A stretch of 64,000 nucleotides of DNA from an uncultured Eubacteriales bacterium (GTDB lineage: Bacteria > Bacillota > Clostridia > Oscillospirales > UBA644). Each line of letters begins with the position of its first letter. Within the stretch, counting starts at the first letter, position 1. Both the position numbers and the translations under genes were made by a program. Positions 1 through 7,761 of this stretch are shown here, piece after piece. The stretch lies in assembly GCA_900547165.1 (NCBI GenBank), contig URFZ01000002.1:76247-140246 (forward strand). The letters run 5' to 3'. Under the pieces are notes generated by a model. That model was not told where the DNA came from, made no database searches, and worked only from the letters and a program-made list of their open reading frames with translations.

Positions 1-26
1 TGTTTGCAGAAAAAAGGTAGAATACA

Positions 27-1124
27 ATGAAAATCAAAAAAGTCGTCAATAAAAACTTACGGAGCATCGTCTCGTTCGAAATTGCGGACGGACGCATTTT
101 CGGCGCCACGGGAAGACGCATTATAGAACTTGATTCCGATTTGAACCGTGTTTCGGAATACAACGGCTTTTATTATACTTACAGCGTCAAACTTTCGCCC
201 GACAAGAGAAAATTGCTTTGTGTGTCGCAGGGGAATATATTTTACATCATTGATCTTAAAACTGGCGAAGTTAAAAAGAATATTCTTCGCGGCAAATATC
301 GCGGTAATCTCGAAGGCAGAGGGTGCTGGTCCTCCGACGGTAAATATATCTATTTGCCCGTGTGGTCTTCAAAAGACTTTTTGTGTGCGTTGCGTAAGTA
401 TTCGGTCAAAGACGGAAAATTCGAGGATCTGTTTGCCGACAGGTGGAAAATCTTTGATTTTATCTATGTTGAATCTCTGAAAAAAATACTTATGTTCGTT
501 TCCGAAAAAAACGGTAAATGCGCTTTTGTCTGGTTTGATGAACAGACGGAATCCGTTCGTGAAATAAAATTACCCGAGGGTATTGATGTTTTTCCCTCGG
601 ATATGGTCGTAAATGAAAAGGAAAAGACCATAACGTGCTATTGCCTTTTGGGAGACCCCGTTGTTTTCGATTTCAACGGTAAAGCAATCGGGGGATTTGT
701 GGAAATAAGAAAAAAGAAGAGAGCCTTGCCGTGTCCTAACATAAAGCCGATTGATACCGATTCGGAAGATATTGCCGAAGTGAAGCGCATATTTGAGGAA
801 ATCAAAGAAGAGTGGAAAACGGCTGAATCTTTGCCCGAAACCGAGCCGGAAGATGAGCAACAACTCTCCGAAACGGTTCAAACCCTTATGTCGGAAGAGT
901 TTGAGCTTCCCGAAAGCATAATTTCCTCTCTCGACGATGAAGAAGACGGTCTTTTCTTTGTGGGAACATGTATGCGCCTTATGGTTTGGAACAGGAACAA
1001 CCGTGAAGACTGCGCGGAACTTCCCGTCGAGTTCGGAGTAAAAAAGATTAGAAGATTGGGCAAAAACAAGGTCTTGGCTGAATGTATGCACAGCGTTATC
1101 TTGTGTGAGGTTACAAGAAAATAA
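27..1124 (+). CDS. hypothetical cytoplasmic protein, beta-propeller-like repeats with acidic insert
   Basis: 365-aa ORF with no signal peptide. Blade-like motifs (KLSPDKRKLLCVSQGNIFYIIDLKTGE; CWSSDGKYIYLPVW). Acidic stretch ESLPETEPEDEQQLSE...SLDDEEDG. No family recognised. Confidence 0.4.
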   Translation: MKIKKVVNKNLRSIVSFEIADGRIFGATGRRIIELDSDLNRVSEYNGFYYTYSVKLSPDKRKLLCVSQGNIFYIIDLKTGEVKKNILRGKYRGNLEGRGCWSSDGKYIYLPVWSSKDFLCALRKYSVKDGKFEDLFADRWKIFDFIYVESLKKILMFVSEKNGKCAFVWFDEQTESVREIKLPEGIDVFPSDMVVNEKEKTITCYCLLGDPVVFDFNGKAIGGFVEIRKKKRALPCPNIKPIDTDSEDIAEVKRIFEEIKEEWKTAESLPETEPEDEQQLSETVQTLMSEEFELPESIISSLDDEEDGLFFVGTCMRLMVWNRNNREDCAELPVEFGVKKIRRLGKNKVLAECMHSVILCEVTRK

Positions 1125-1141
1125 GAAAAAGAGGACTTGAA

Positions 1142-2167
1142 ATGAACATAAAGAAACTTGACATTGTTTCGCAGGGGGGAGGGACAGTTAATTGCAGATC
1201 TCGTTTTTATTCCGCTTTCAGCGGGTTTCCGTATCTGAAAACGTTTCATTTTACTGTCGGAAAAAATGTTCTTTACGAGGAGATAGATTCAGGGGCATGG
1301 GCTCTTTGTTATGCAATGTCGATGTACGGGATTGATAAAGAGATACAAATAACGAACGAGCCCGATATACGGTTGAACGGAAACCTTTGCACGTTATCTG
1401 AACTTGCGCCGCATTGTTGCTATATGGACCCTTTATATCCTCTGTTCTCGAAAAAAATATCCGTCAAACAGGCGGTCGAACACGGAATAAAACGAAATTC
1501 GTTGCCGTATTACGCAGAAGACATTCGGGTTCTTTTCAAAATCGACAAAGACCGCTATGAACGCCCGCTGTCAGGCATGGGAAATGAGATATTCAAGGCA
1601 ATGGGGGCAATAGGCGTTGCGGAAGACAAGGATATTTTTTGCTTTCCGTGGCAAAGCAGGAAAAGATGCGCAGGGTATCATCTTCATTTTCCGCAAACGG
1701 CGGACGCTCTTGCCGAACTCGGGAAAATTGTCGTGATTCCGCTCGGGCTTGATGTTCCCGAAGCCGAAAGCGAGGTCTTGTCCGAAAGCAAAATGTATGT
1801 TTCCGATGTTCGGAATTACTCAGAAATCGGGGATTGCGACGTTATTGTTTCGGACGGAAAATATACTGTTTGCTGCTATTGTTATGATAGAAAAATCTCT
1901 GTCGGAGAAAAAATCAATGTGCTTTGCGGGGACGTATCTTCCGATATAATCAAAAGTGAAAAAAGGGAGTTTTCTGCGGAAAAAATTTCGGAGCCGTATG
2001 CTTATTCCTTTTCGGCGCAGGTCGCTGACCGTGACCGAAGCATTGTAAGAGTAGGAAATCTCTTTATTCGCTTGCTTGCATCTCTTTCCCTTGACTTTGA
2101 CAACGGAGATTTTATTATATTTTCGTCGTCGCAGTTAAGCATTTTTGAAGATAAGAGATATTTTTGA
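1142..2167 (+). CDS. hypothetical protein; N-terminal ~200 aa resemble a degenerate ABC nucleotide-binding domain
   Basis: 341-aa ORF starting 17 nt after the previous gene. Signature-like PLSGMGNE, followed at ABC-like spacing by IFCFPW where Walker B hhhhDEP is expected. EIDSGAWALCYAMS sits where Walker A GxxGxGKST is expected. Q-loop-like CCYMDPLYPLFSKKISVKQAV. Confidence 0.4.
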   Translation: MNIKKLDIVSQGGGTVNCRSRFYSAFSGFPYLKTFHFTVGKNVLYEEIDSGAWALCYAMSMYGIDKEIQITNEPDIRLNGNLCTLSELAPHCCYMDPLYPLFSKKISVKQAVEHGIKRNSLPYYAEDIRVLFKIDKDRYERPLSGMGNEIFKAMGAIGVAEDKDIFCFPWQSRKRCAGYHLHFPQTADALAELGKIVVIPLGLDVPEAESEVLSESKMYVSDVRNYSEIGDCDVIVSDGKYTVCCYCYDRKISVGEKINVLCGDVSSDIIKSEKREFSAEKISEPYAYSFSAQVADRDRSIVRVGNLFIRLLASLSLDFDNGDFIIFSSSQLSIFEDKRYF

Positions 2168-2283
2168 ATGCGGACGGGTAGTGCTTTATCCGCCATCATC
2201 GTTGTGTTTTGCATTGTTCGGGAAGTGAATAAGGCAAAACGCAAATCCTGATTTTTGGTGAGAATATTTATCCTGTGAATTAT

Positions 2284-2325
2284 ACACGGCAGACGCTTTT
2301 GCGCCTGCCGTGTACTTTTGTTTTG
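2284..2325 (+). terminator. intrinsic terminator in the convergent gap
   Basis: 9-bp stem acacggcag/ctgccgtgt with a 12-nt loop, then acttttgttttg on the + strand. Confidence 0.5.
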
Positions 2326-2331
2326 TGGTTT

Positions 2332-3294
2332 TTATCTTTCTTCTCTGAAATAGGAAAGTCCGAGACCCTCGGGGGCTTGGTTTTCTTTCTTGTTTCTTAT
2401 GCTTGTTACGATAAGAACGATTATCGTTACAACGTAAGGAAGCATTTTGATAAGCGGTTTTTGCGTGGTGGAGATGCCGGGAATATAGTTGCCTATCTTG
2501 TAGAGCGCGCCGAAAACGAACGAACCGAGAATGGCGAGATTGGGCTTCCAAAGCGAGAAGATAACCAGCGCGATGGCAAGCCAGCCGATGGCGTCGATGG
2601 TGTATTCCCAGTTGCCGCCGAGGTTGTCCATGATGTATCCGAGACCGCCGAGACCCGCGATGCCGCTGCCGAGAATTGTTGCGATATAGCGGTATTTGGT
2701 AACGCTTATGCCTGCTGCGTCCGCAGTTGCGGGGTCTTCTCCGACCGCACGCAGGTGAAGTCCCGTTCTCGTCTTTTTAAGAACAAATGCGCAGATAAGA
2801 GCGACAACAATGGAAAGATAGACCATTGCGCCGTAGGAGAATATGAGTTTGCCGAACGCGCCGAGTTTGTCCGCAAACGGGAGATATGCCGTGAAGAATT
2901 TGCTTGCGGTCGAAAAACTTGAAGCCTCGACAAGCGAGATCATAAAGTCGGAAACGCCGATACCGAGCGTTGTGAGAACAAGACCCGTAACGTTCTGGTT
3001 GGCGCGCAGCGTAACCGCAAGGAAGCAGTAGATAAGTCCCATAAGACCGCCGCCGATGAACGTGGCGAGTATTGGCAGCAGCACCGCAAGAAACGGGTTT
3101 GCCGCGTCTATGCCGCCGACGCTTGTTACATATATCGACTCCGCGCAGCAGCCGAATGCCGCGCCTACGCACATTGTTCCGGGAATGCCGAGGTTAAGGT
3201 GTCCCGATTTTTCGGTCAGTATTTCGCCGGTTGAACCGAACAGGAACGCCATGCTCGAACGAACTGTCTGAAAGAGAAAGTTAATGATATCCAC
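2332..3294 (-). CDS. ABC transporter permease (BMP/nucleoside-type, YufQ/NupQ-like)
   Basis: 320-aa polytopic membrane ORF. GTG start preceded by AGGAGG. Last gene of the SBP-ATPase-permease-permease operon. Sequence typical of branched sugar/nucleoside permeases (GIPGTMCVGA, RAVGEDP). Confidence 0.85.
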   Translation of the reverse strand: MDIINFLFQTVRSSMAFLFGSTGEILTEKSGHLNLGIPGTMCVGAAFGCCAESIYVTSVGGIDAANPFLAVLLPILATFIGGGLMGLIYCFLAVTLRANQNVTGLVLTTLGIGVSDFMISLVEASSFSTASKFFTAYLPFADKLGAFGKLIFSYGAMVYLSIVVALICAFVLKKTRTGLHLRAVGEDPATADAAGISVTKYRYIATILGSGIAGLGGLGYIMDNLGGNWEYTIDAIGWLAIALVIFSLWKPNLAILGSFVFGALYKIGNYIPGISTTQKPLIKMLPYVVTIIVLIVTSIRNKKENQAPEGLGLSYFREER

Positions 3295-4387
3295 GGTCGG
3301 AAACCTCCTTTGACGAATGACGGAACATTATCTTGTAGTTTACGAAAAATTCGCTTCCGACAACGAACAGAAGCACGATTGCCGTGACAATGTCCGAAAT
3401 GGAGCCGTCTATCTTGAAGCCTGTTGCGACCTGCGTTGTTCCGACTTCGAGGAACGAAACGAGCGCGGAGGTCAGAACCATGAGCAGCGGATTGAATTTT
3501 GCCATCCACGAAACGAGGATAGCCGTGAAGCCTATCGAGCCTATTGTGTCGGTCGGGCTTATCGTGCAGTCAACGCCGCCGACGATGAGGAAGCCGACAA
3601 GACCGCATATCGCACCCGAAAGGAGCATTGTTCTGATGATGACTTTTTTGACGTTTATGCCGATATAAAGCGCCGTGTTGCGGCTTTCTCCGACAACGGA
3701 TATTTCATAGCCGTGCTTGGAGAATTTGAGATATACGAACATCAGCACGGTTACAAGAACAACAACAAGAATCGAAAGGAACCATTTGTTTTCTATCTGC
3801 GGGAGCGCATAGGCGTTCATCGGTTGGAGTTTGCCCGAACCGTTCGGCGCCCATACTGTTATGCAGGCTTCGACAGCCTGAACCGCGATGTAGTTCATCA
3901 TCAGCGTGAACAGAGTTTCATTTGTGTTCCACTTTGCTTTGAAGATCGCGGGAAGAACCGCCCAGATCATGCCCGAAACAAGGCTGGCAACAAGCATGAA
4001 TGCCCAAAGCAGACCGTTGGGGATTTTTCCGCCGAAATAGAACATGATTGCGGTTGTGGAAAGTGCTCCGATAAGTGCCTGTCCGTTGCCGCCGATGTTC
4101 CAGAACTTCATCTTGAACGCGGGGGTCAGCGCAAGCGCCACGCAAAGCAGCGTTGCGGTTTTATAAAGGAATATCCAGAATCTGCGGGAGGTCTTTGCCA
4201 TGCCTTCGACCATTGAGGTAAAGAAGTCAACGGGGCTTCTGCCCGTCATCAGCACAACTATGAGCGTGCAGACAAGGAACGCAAGCACGACCGCGCCTAT
4301 TCTGACGGGAATGCTCAATTTGAGCGGTGCGGAGGAACGCTTGACGATATGGAAAAGCGGTTCGTGATTTTTCTTTTCGTTTGCCAT
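3281..4387 (-). CDS. ABC transporter permease (YufP/NupP-like)
   Basis: 368-aa polytopic ORF. RBS GGAGG. Its start overlaps the ATPase stop (TAATG). Confidence 0.85.
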   Translation of the reverse strand: MANEKKNHEPLFHIVKRSSAPLKLSIPVRIGAVVLAFLVCTLIVVLMTGRSPVDFFTSMVEGMAKTSRRFWIFLYKTATLLCVALALTPAFKMKFWNIGGNGQALIGALSTTAIMFYFGGKIPNGLLWAFMLVASLVSGMIWAVLPAIFKAKWNTNETLFTLMMNYIAVQAVEACITVWAPNGSGKLQPMNAYALPQIENKWFLSILVVVLVTVLMFVYLKFSKHGYEISVVGESRNTALYIGINVKKVIIRTMLLSGAICGLVGFLIVGGVDCTISPTDTIGSIGFTAILVSWMAKFNPLLMVLTSALVSFLEVGTTQVATGFKIDGSISDIVTAIVLLFVVGSEFFVNYKIMFRHSSKEVSDRGYH

Positions 4388-5922
4388 TATTCTTCCTCCT
4401 TTTCGGCGCTTGCGGTTTTTGTCATAAGCAGACCTATTTCTTCTTTCTTTGCGGTTCTGCCGTCAACTATGCCGGTCACTTTGCCGGAACCTATTACAAG
4501 TATACGGTCGCAAAGTTCTATAAGAACGTCAAGATCTTCGCCCACGAAGATAACCGCGACGCCTTTCTGCTTTTGCTCGTTGAGCAGATTATATATCATG
4601 TAAGAGGAGTTGATGTCAAGACCTCTGACGGGGTATGCCGCCATAAGCACGGTCGGCGCTGCCGCAATTTCTCTGCCGACAAGTACTTTTTGAACGTTAC
4701 CGCCCGAAAGTCTGCGGACGGGAGTCGATGCGGAGGGGGTTACCACTTCAAGTTGTTTTATAATGGAAGCGGCGAGGTCTTTCGGCTGCTTTCTGTGCAG
4801 AAACGCGCCTCTGCCTTTTCTGTAAGAGCGGAGCATCATGTTGTCAACGATGTCCATATTGCCCACAAGTCCCATGCCGAGACGGTCTTCGGGAACGAAC
4901 GAAAGGCGAACGCCGAGTTCTCTTATTTGAAGAGGGGTCTTGTCTCGGAGATTTTCGGTCTTTCCGTTTTTCGGGTTGTTGTAAAGAATTTCGCCGGTCT
5001 GAACTTTTTGAAGTCCCGCGATGGCTTCAAGCAGTTCTCTTTGCCCGCTGCCCGCAATGCCCGCAATGCCGAGGATTTCTCCCGAACGCGCCGTGAACGT
5101 TACGTCGTCAAGTATCTGAACGCCGTCCCTGTTTTTGCAGTTAAGACCGCTGACTATGAGTCTGTCCGTCGGGTTTTCGGGCTCGGTTCTGTCTATGTCG
5201 AGACTGACTTTTTTGCCGACCATCATTTCGGTCAACTCCGCCTCGTTTGTATCTTTCGTTATGACCGTTCCGATATATTCGCCCTTTCTCAAAACGGAAA
5301 CTTTGTCGGAAAGGTCAAGCACTTCATGCAGTTTGTGGGTGATTATGATTATGGACTTGCCGTCCTCTTTCATCTTGCGAAGCACCGCGAAAAGTTTTTT
5401 TGTTTCCTGCGGGGTCAAAACCGCCGTCGGCTCGTCAAGAATGAGTATGTCAGCGCCGCGGTAAAGAACTTTGATTATCTCAACGGTCTGTTTTTCGGAA
5501 ACGGACATATCGGAAATGCGCTTCATCGGGTCTATCTCAAAACCGTAAGCCTCGCTTATCGCGCGAATTTTTTCGATGCTCTTTTTCGGGTCGAATTTTT
5601 CATCGTTGAGACCGAGAATTATATTCTCAGCCGCCGTGAAAACGTTGATGAGTTTGAAGTGCTGGTGTATCATTCCGATACCGTACGCGAATGCGTCTTT
5701 CGGGGAACGGATAACGACTTCTTTGCCGTCTATCAGAATTTCGCCCGAGTCGGGAAAATATATTCCCGAAATCATATTCATCAGCGTCGTTTTTCCGCTT
5801 CCGTTTTCGCCGAGAACAGAAAGAATCTCTCCTCTGTTGACGGTCATCGAAACGTCCTTGTTCGCAACGATGCTTCCGAAGGTCTTTGTAATATTTCTCA
5901 GTTCTATTGCGGGTGTTTCCAT
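4387..5922 (-). CDS. ABC transporter ATP-binding protein with duplicated NBDs (YufO/NupO/RbsA-like)
   Basis: Walker A GENGSGKTT, signature LSVSEKQ/LSGGNVQ and Walker B ILILDEP are present, in two NBD halves. I chose the start at METPAIEL (ATG 5922) because AGGAGG lies 6 nt upstream. The ORF-track start at 5976 was rejected. Confidence 0.9.
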   Translation of the reverse strand: METPAIELRNITKTFGSIVANKDVSMTVNRGEILSVLGENGSGKTTLMNMISGIYFPDSGEILIDGKEVVIRSPKDAFAYGIGMIHQHFKLINVFTAAENIILGLNDEKFDPKKSIEKIRAISEAYGFEIDPMKRISDMSVSEKQTVEIIKVLYRGADILILDEPTAVLTPQETKKLFAVLRKMKEDGKSIIIITHKLHEVLDLSDKVSVLRKGEYIGTVITKDTNEAELTEMMVGKKVSLDIDRTEPENPTDRLIVSGLNCKNRDGVQILDDVTFTARSGEILGIAGIAGSGQRELLEAIAGLQKVQTGEILYNNPKNGKTENLRDKTPLQIRELGVRLSFVPEDRLGMGLVGNMDIVDNMMLRSYRKGRGAFLHRKQPKDLAASIIKQLEVVTPSASTPVRRLSGGNVQKVLVGREIAAAPTVLMAAYPVRGLDINSSYMIYNLLNEQKQKGVAVIFVGEDLDVLIELCDRILVIGSGKVTGIVDGRTAKKEEIGLLMTKTASAEKEEE

Positions 5923-6011
5923 TTTTGACCTCCTGTTATGTCGATGTTTCAAAGATATATTGCGGAAACAATACATTTTTCAGACATCGACACGGCTCTT
6001 TAATGAAAGCA

Positions 6012-6037
6012 AAGGCGGGGCTTTGAAACCCCGCCTT
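6012..6037 (-). terminator. intra-operon hairpin between the SBP gene and the ATPase gene (partial terminator or processing site)
   Basis: 9-bp GC-rich stem aaggcgggg/ccccgcctt, followed on the minus strand by a T-rich tail (tgctttcatt). Confidence 0.45.
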
Positions 6038-6069
6038 TTGCGGTTCGGCAGATAAAAGTATCTGTCTGA

Positions 6070-7323
6070 TTACTTGTCAAGTCTGGTGATACCGTCAATC
6101 TCGATTGTGAAGTAAGGAGCGGAACGGTATTCGGATTCGTGGAAGTATCCGTCGGAGATCGCGTTGGTCTCGGGAACATAGTCGCCCATATCGTCAACGT
6201 CCGCAAGGAACTCGGTAAGAGTTTCGCCGTTTACGGTGAACTTGGAGGTGTCGAACACTTTAAGAGTTCCTGCTTCAAGTTCTTTCTTAGCTGCTTCAAC
6301 AGCTTCTTTGGTTCCCTTTGCGGCAACAGCTTCGTTGATGTCGGTCAGAACAACGGAGCCGGTAGCAAGAGTGCCGGTCCAGTCAGCAGCGATGGTCTCG
6401 CCCTTTGCAACACAGTTGATAATGTATTCAAAGTACGGCTCCCAGTCGATTCTGGAAGAAACAAGGAATGTGTTCGGGCAGGAATCAATGGTGGAACCGT
6501 TGTAAGATACGTTGGGAACGTTTCTTGCTTCGCAAGCGGAGGGAGCACCCATGGAGTCCGCGTGCTGGGAAATAAGAACCGCGCCTTTATCCATAAGGGA
6601 GTTTGCCACGTCTCTTTCTGCGTCAACGCTGTACCAGGAACCGGTGAAGTCTACCATCATCGTAACGGACGGGCAAACGGAACGAGCACCGAGGAAGAAA
6701 GATGTGTATCCGGAAATAACTTCTGCGTAGGGGAAAGCGCCAACATAGCCCATAACGGCCTGCTCAGCGGTGATTTTGCCAGATTCGATCATTTCGTTGA
6801 GTTTCATACCTGCGGTGATACCTGCAAGATAACGACCCTCATAGATGGATGCGAAAGCGTTGTGGTAGTTTGCGACTTTTTCGGTGTGCGCTTTTGTTCC
6901 GGTTGCGTGGCAGAACTGAACATCGGGGAATTCTTTTGCTGCCTGAAGAATGAAGGGTTCATGACCGAAACTGTCCGCGAAAACGATGTTGCAGCCCTGG
7001 TCTGCAAGGTCAGCCGCAGCGTCATAGCAAGCGGAGGATTCGTCAACGGGATACTTAAAGATAACCTGGTCGTCGGAAAGACCGAGTTTTTCCTGCGCTG
7101 CTTTTGCGGCTTTCATGAAGTTAAGGTCATAGGTGGACTTGTCGTCATGAAGGAAAATGAAACCGATCTTGATCTTGGAATAGTCCACTGTAGCGTCGCC
7201 GCCGTCTGTGGACTTGGTAGCATCGGTTGTGTTAGTTGTGTCTCCGCCTTTGCAACCTGCAAGCGCGAAGAGAGAGCATACCATGATTGCCGCGAGGCAA
7301 AGAGCAAAAATCTTCTTGCACAT
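6070..7323 (-). CDS. BMP-family (basic membrane protein / nucleoside-binding) ABC substrate-binding lipoprotein
   Basis: Lipobox MCKKIFALCLAAIMVCSLFALAGC. Start at ATG 7323 with AGGAGG upstream. Body typical of the Bmp/PnrA/Med family. Confidence 0.9.
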   Translation of the reverse strand: MCKKIFALCLAAIMVCSLFALAGCKGGDTTNTTDATKSTDGGDATVDYSKIKIGFIFLHDDKSTYDLNFMKAAKAAQEKLGLSDDQVIFKYPVDESSACYDAAADLADQGCNIVFADSFGHEPFILQAAKEFPDVQFCHATGTKAHTEKVANYHNAFASIYEGRYLAGITAGMKLNEMIESGKITAEQAVMGYVGAFPYAEVISGYTSFFLGARSVCPSVTMMVDFTGSWYSVDAERDVANSLMDKGAVLISQHADSMGAPSACEARNVPNVSYNGSTIDSCPNTFLVSSRIDWEPYFEYIINCVAKGETIAADWTGTLATGSVVLTDINEAVAAKGTKEAVEAAKKELEAGTLKVFDTSKFTVNGETLTEFLADVDDMGDYVPETNAISDGYFHESEYRSAPYFTIEIDGITRLDK

Positions 7324-7398
7324 AGTACTACGTACCTCCTGAAAAAAGAAAAGAATGTTATTTCTCGGATACGGGAGTTCCCATATCGTCATAGACTG

Positions 7399-7433
7399 AA
7401 AATAAAAAATCGGCGTACCGTCGCGGCACACCG
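7399..7433 (-). terminator. second terminator-like hairpin in the operon leader
   Basis: On the minus strand, cggtgtgccg-cga-cggtacgccg (10 bp with 2 G.U pairs), followed by attttttatttt. Confidence 0.45.
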
Positions 7434-7438
7434 TTCAT

Positions 7439-7483
7439 AAAACAACAATAACCCCTATGAAAAAACGAGGGGAGAAGGTTATT
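7439..7483 (-). terminator. riboswitch expression-platform terminator
   Basis: On the minus strand, aataacc..cccct / aggggttatt forms an imperfect stem directly after the aptamer, followed by gttgtttt. Confidence 0.6.
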
Positions 7484-7486
7484 GAA

Positions 7487-7554
7487 GCTTATAGTCGGAA
7501 CATTTACGGCGTCCGGTAGAAACTTTCTGTCCATATCACAGATGATATACAAGC
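7487..7554 (-). promoter_or_regulatory. purine riboswitch aptamer, guanine/hypoxanthine class (C at the discriminator position)
   Basis: Minus-strand sequence gcttgtatatcatctgtgatatggacagaaagtttctaccggacgccgtaaatgttccgactataagc. It matches the conserved core UAUA-GAUAUGG-AGUUUCUACC-CCGUAAAU-CCGACUAUA. P1 is GCUUGUA/UAUAAGC and P2 is UCUGU/ACAGA. Confidence 0.85.
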
Positions 7555-7573
7555 CTTGTTCAATTACAAATTC

Positions 7574-7602
7574 ATTTTAGCAGAAAAAATATCCGTTGTC
7601 AA
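7574..7602 (-). promoter_or_regulatory. sigma-70-type promoter of the riboswitch/BMP operon
   Basis: Minus strand TTGACA-17 nt-TAAAAT, about 20 nt upstream of P1. Confidence 0.6.
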
Positions 7603-7716
7603 CCCCGAAATTGCTTTGTTTGACATTTGTCACATTTTGCCGAAAACAGCTGAAAAGAGTCGTTATAAAATACCAAAAAGAGAGGCGAACAGACCCTCCG
7701 TTTTGCTCAAAATGCC

Positions 7717-7753
7717 AAGGGGTTGTAAAAAACCGAGTTCTTTACAACCCCTT
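7717..7753 (-). terminator. terminator after glnS
   Basis: 13-bp stem aaggggttgtaaa/tttacaacccctt immediately downstream of the glnS stop. Confidence 0.6.
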
Positions 7754-7761
7754 GCTTCGTT

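Noticed and set aside
4381-5928. Very long ORFs antisense to real genes. Examples are 4381-5928 (515 aa), 6139-7440, 8044-9183, 22222-23235, 28030-29139, 32756-33841, 36536-37705, 38371-39624, 49284-50384, 58508-60160 (550 aa) and 62469-63857.
   Set aside because: Each exactly mirrors a gene with strong family motifs on the other strand. Their translations are low-complexity and rich in F, R, V, C and N, with no recognisable motifs or RBS. The pattern is explained by sense-strand codon usage, which avoids the codons whose reverse complements are stops. I do not treat them as genes. Ribosome profiling would be needed to argue otherwise.
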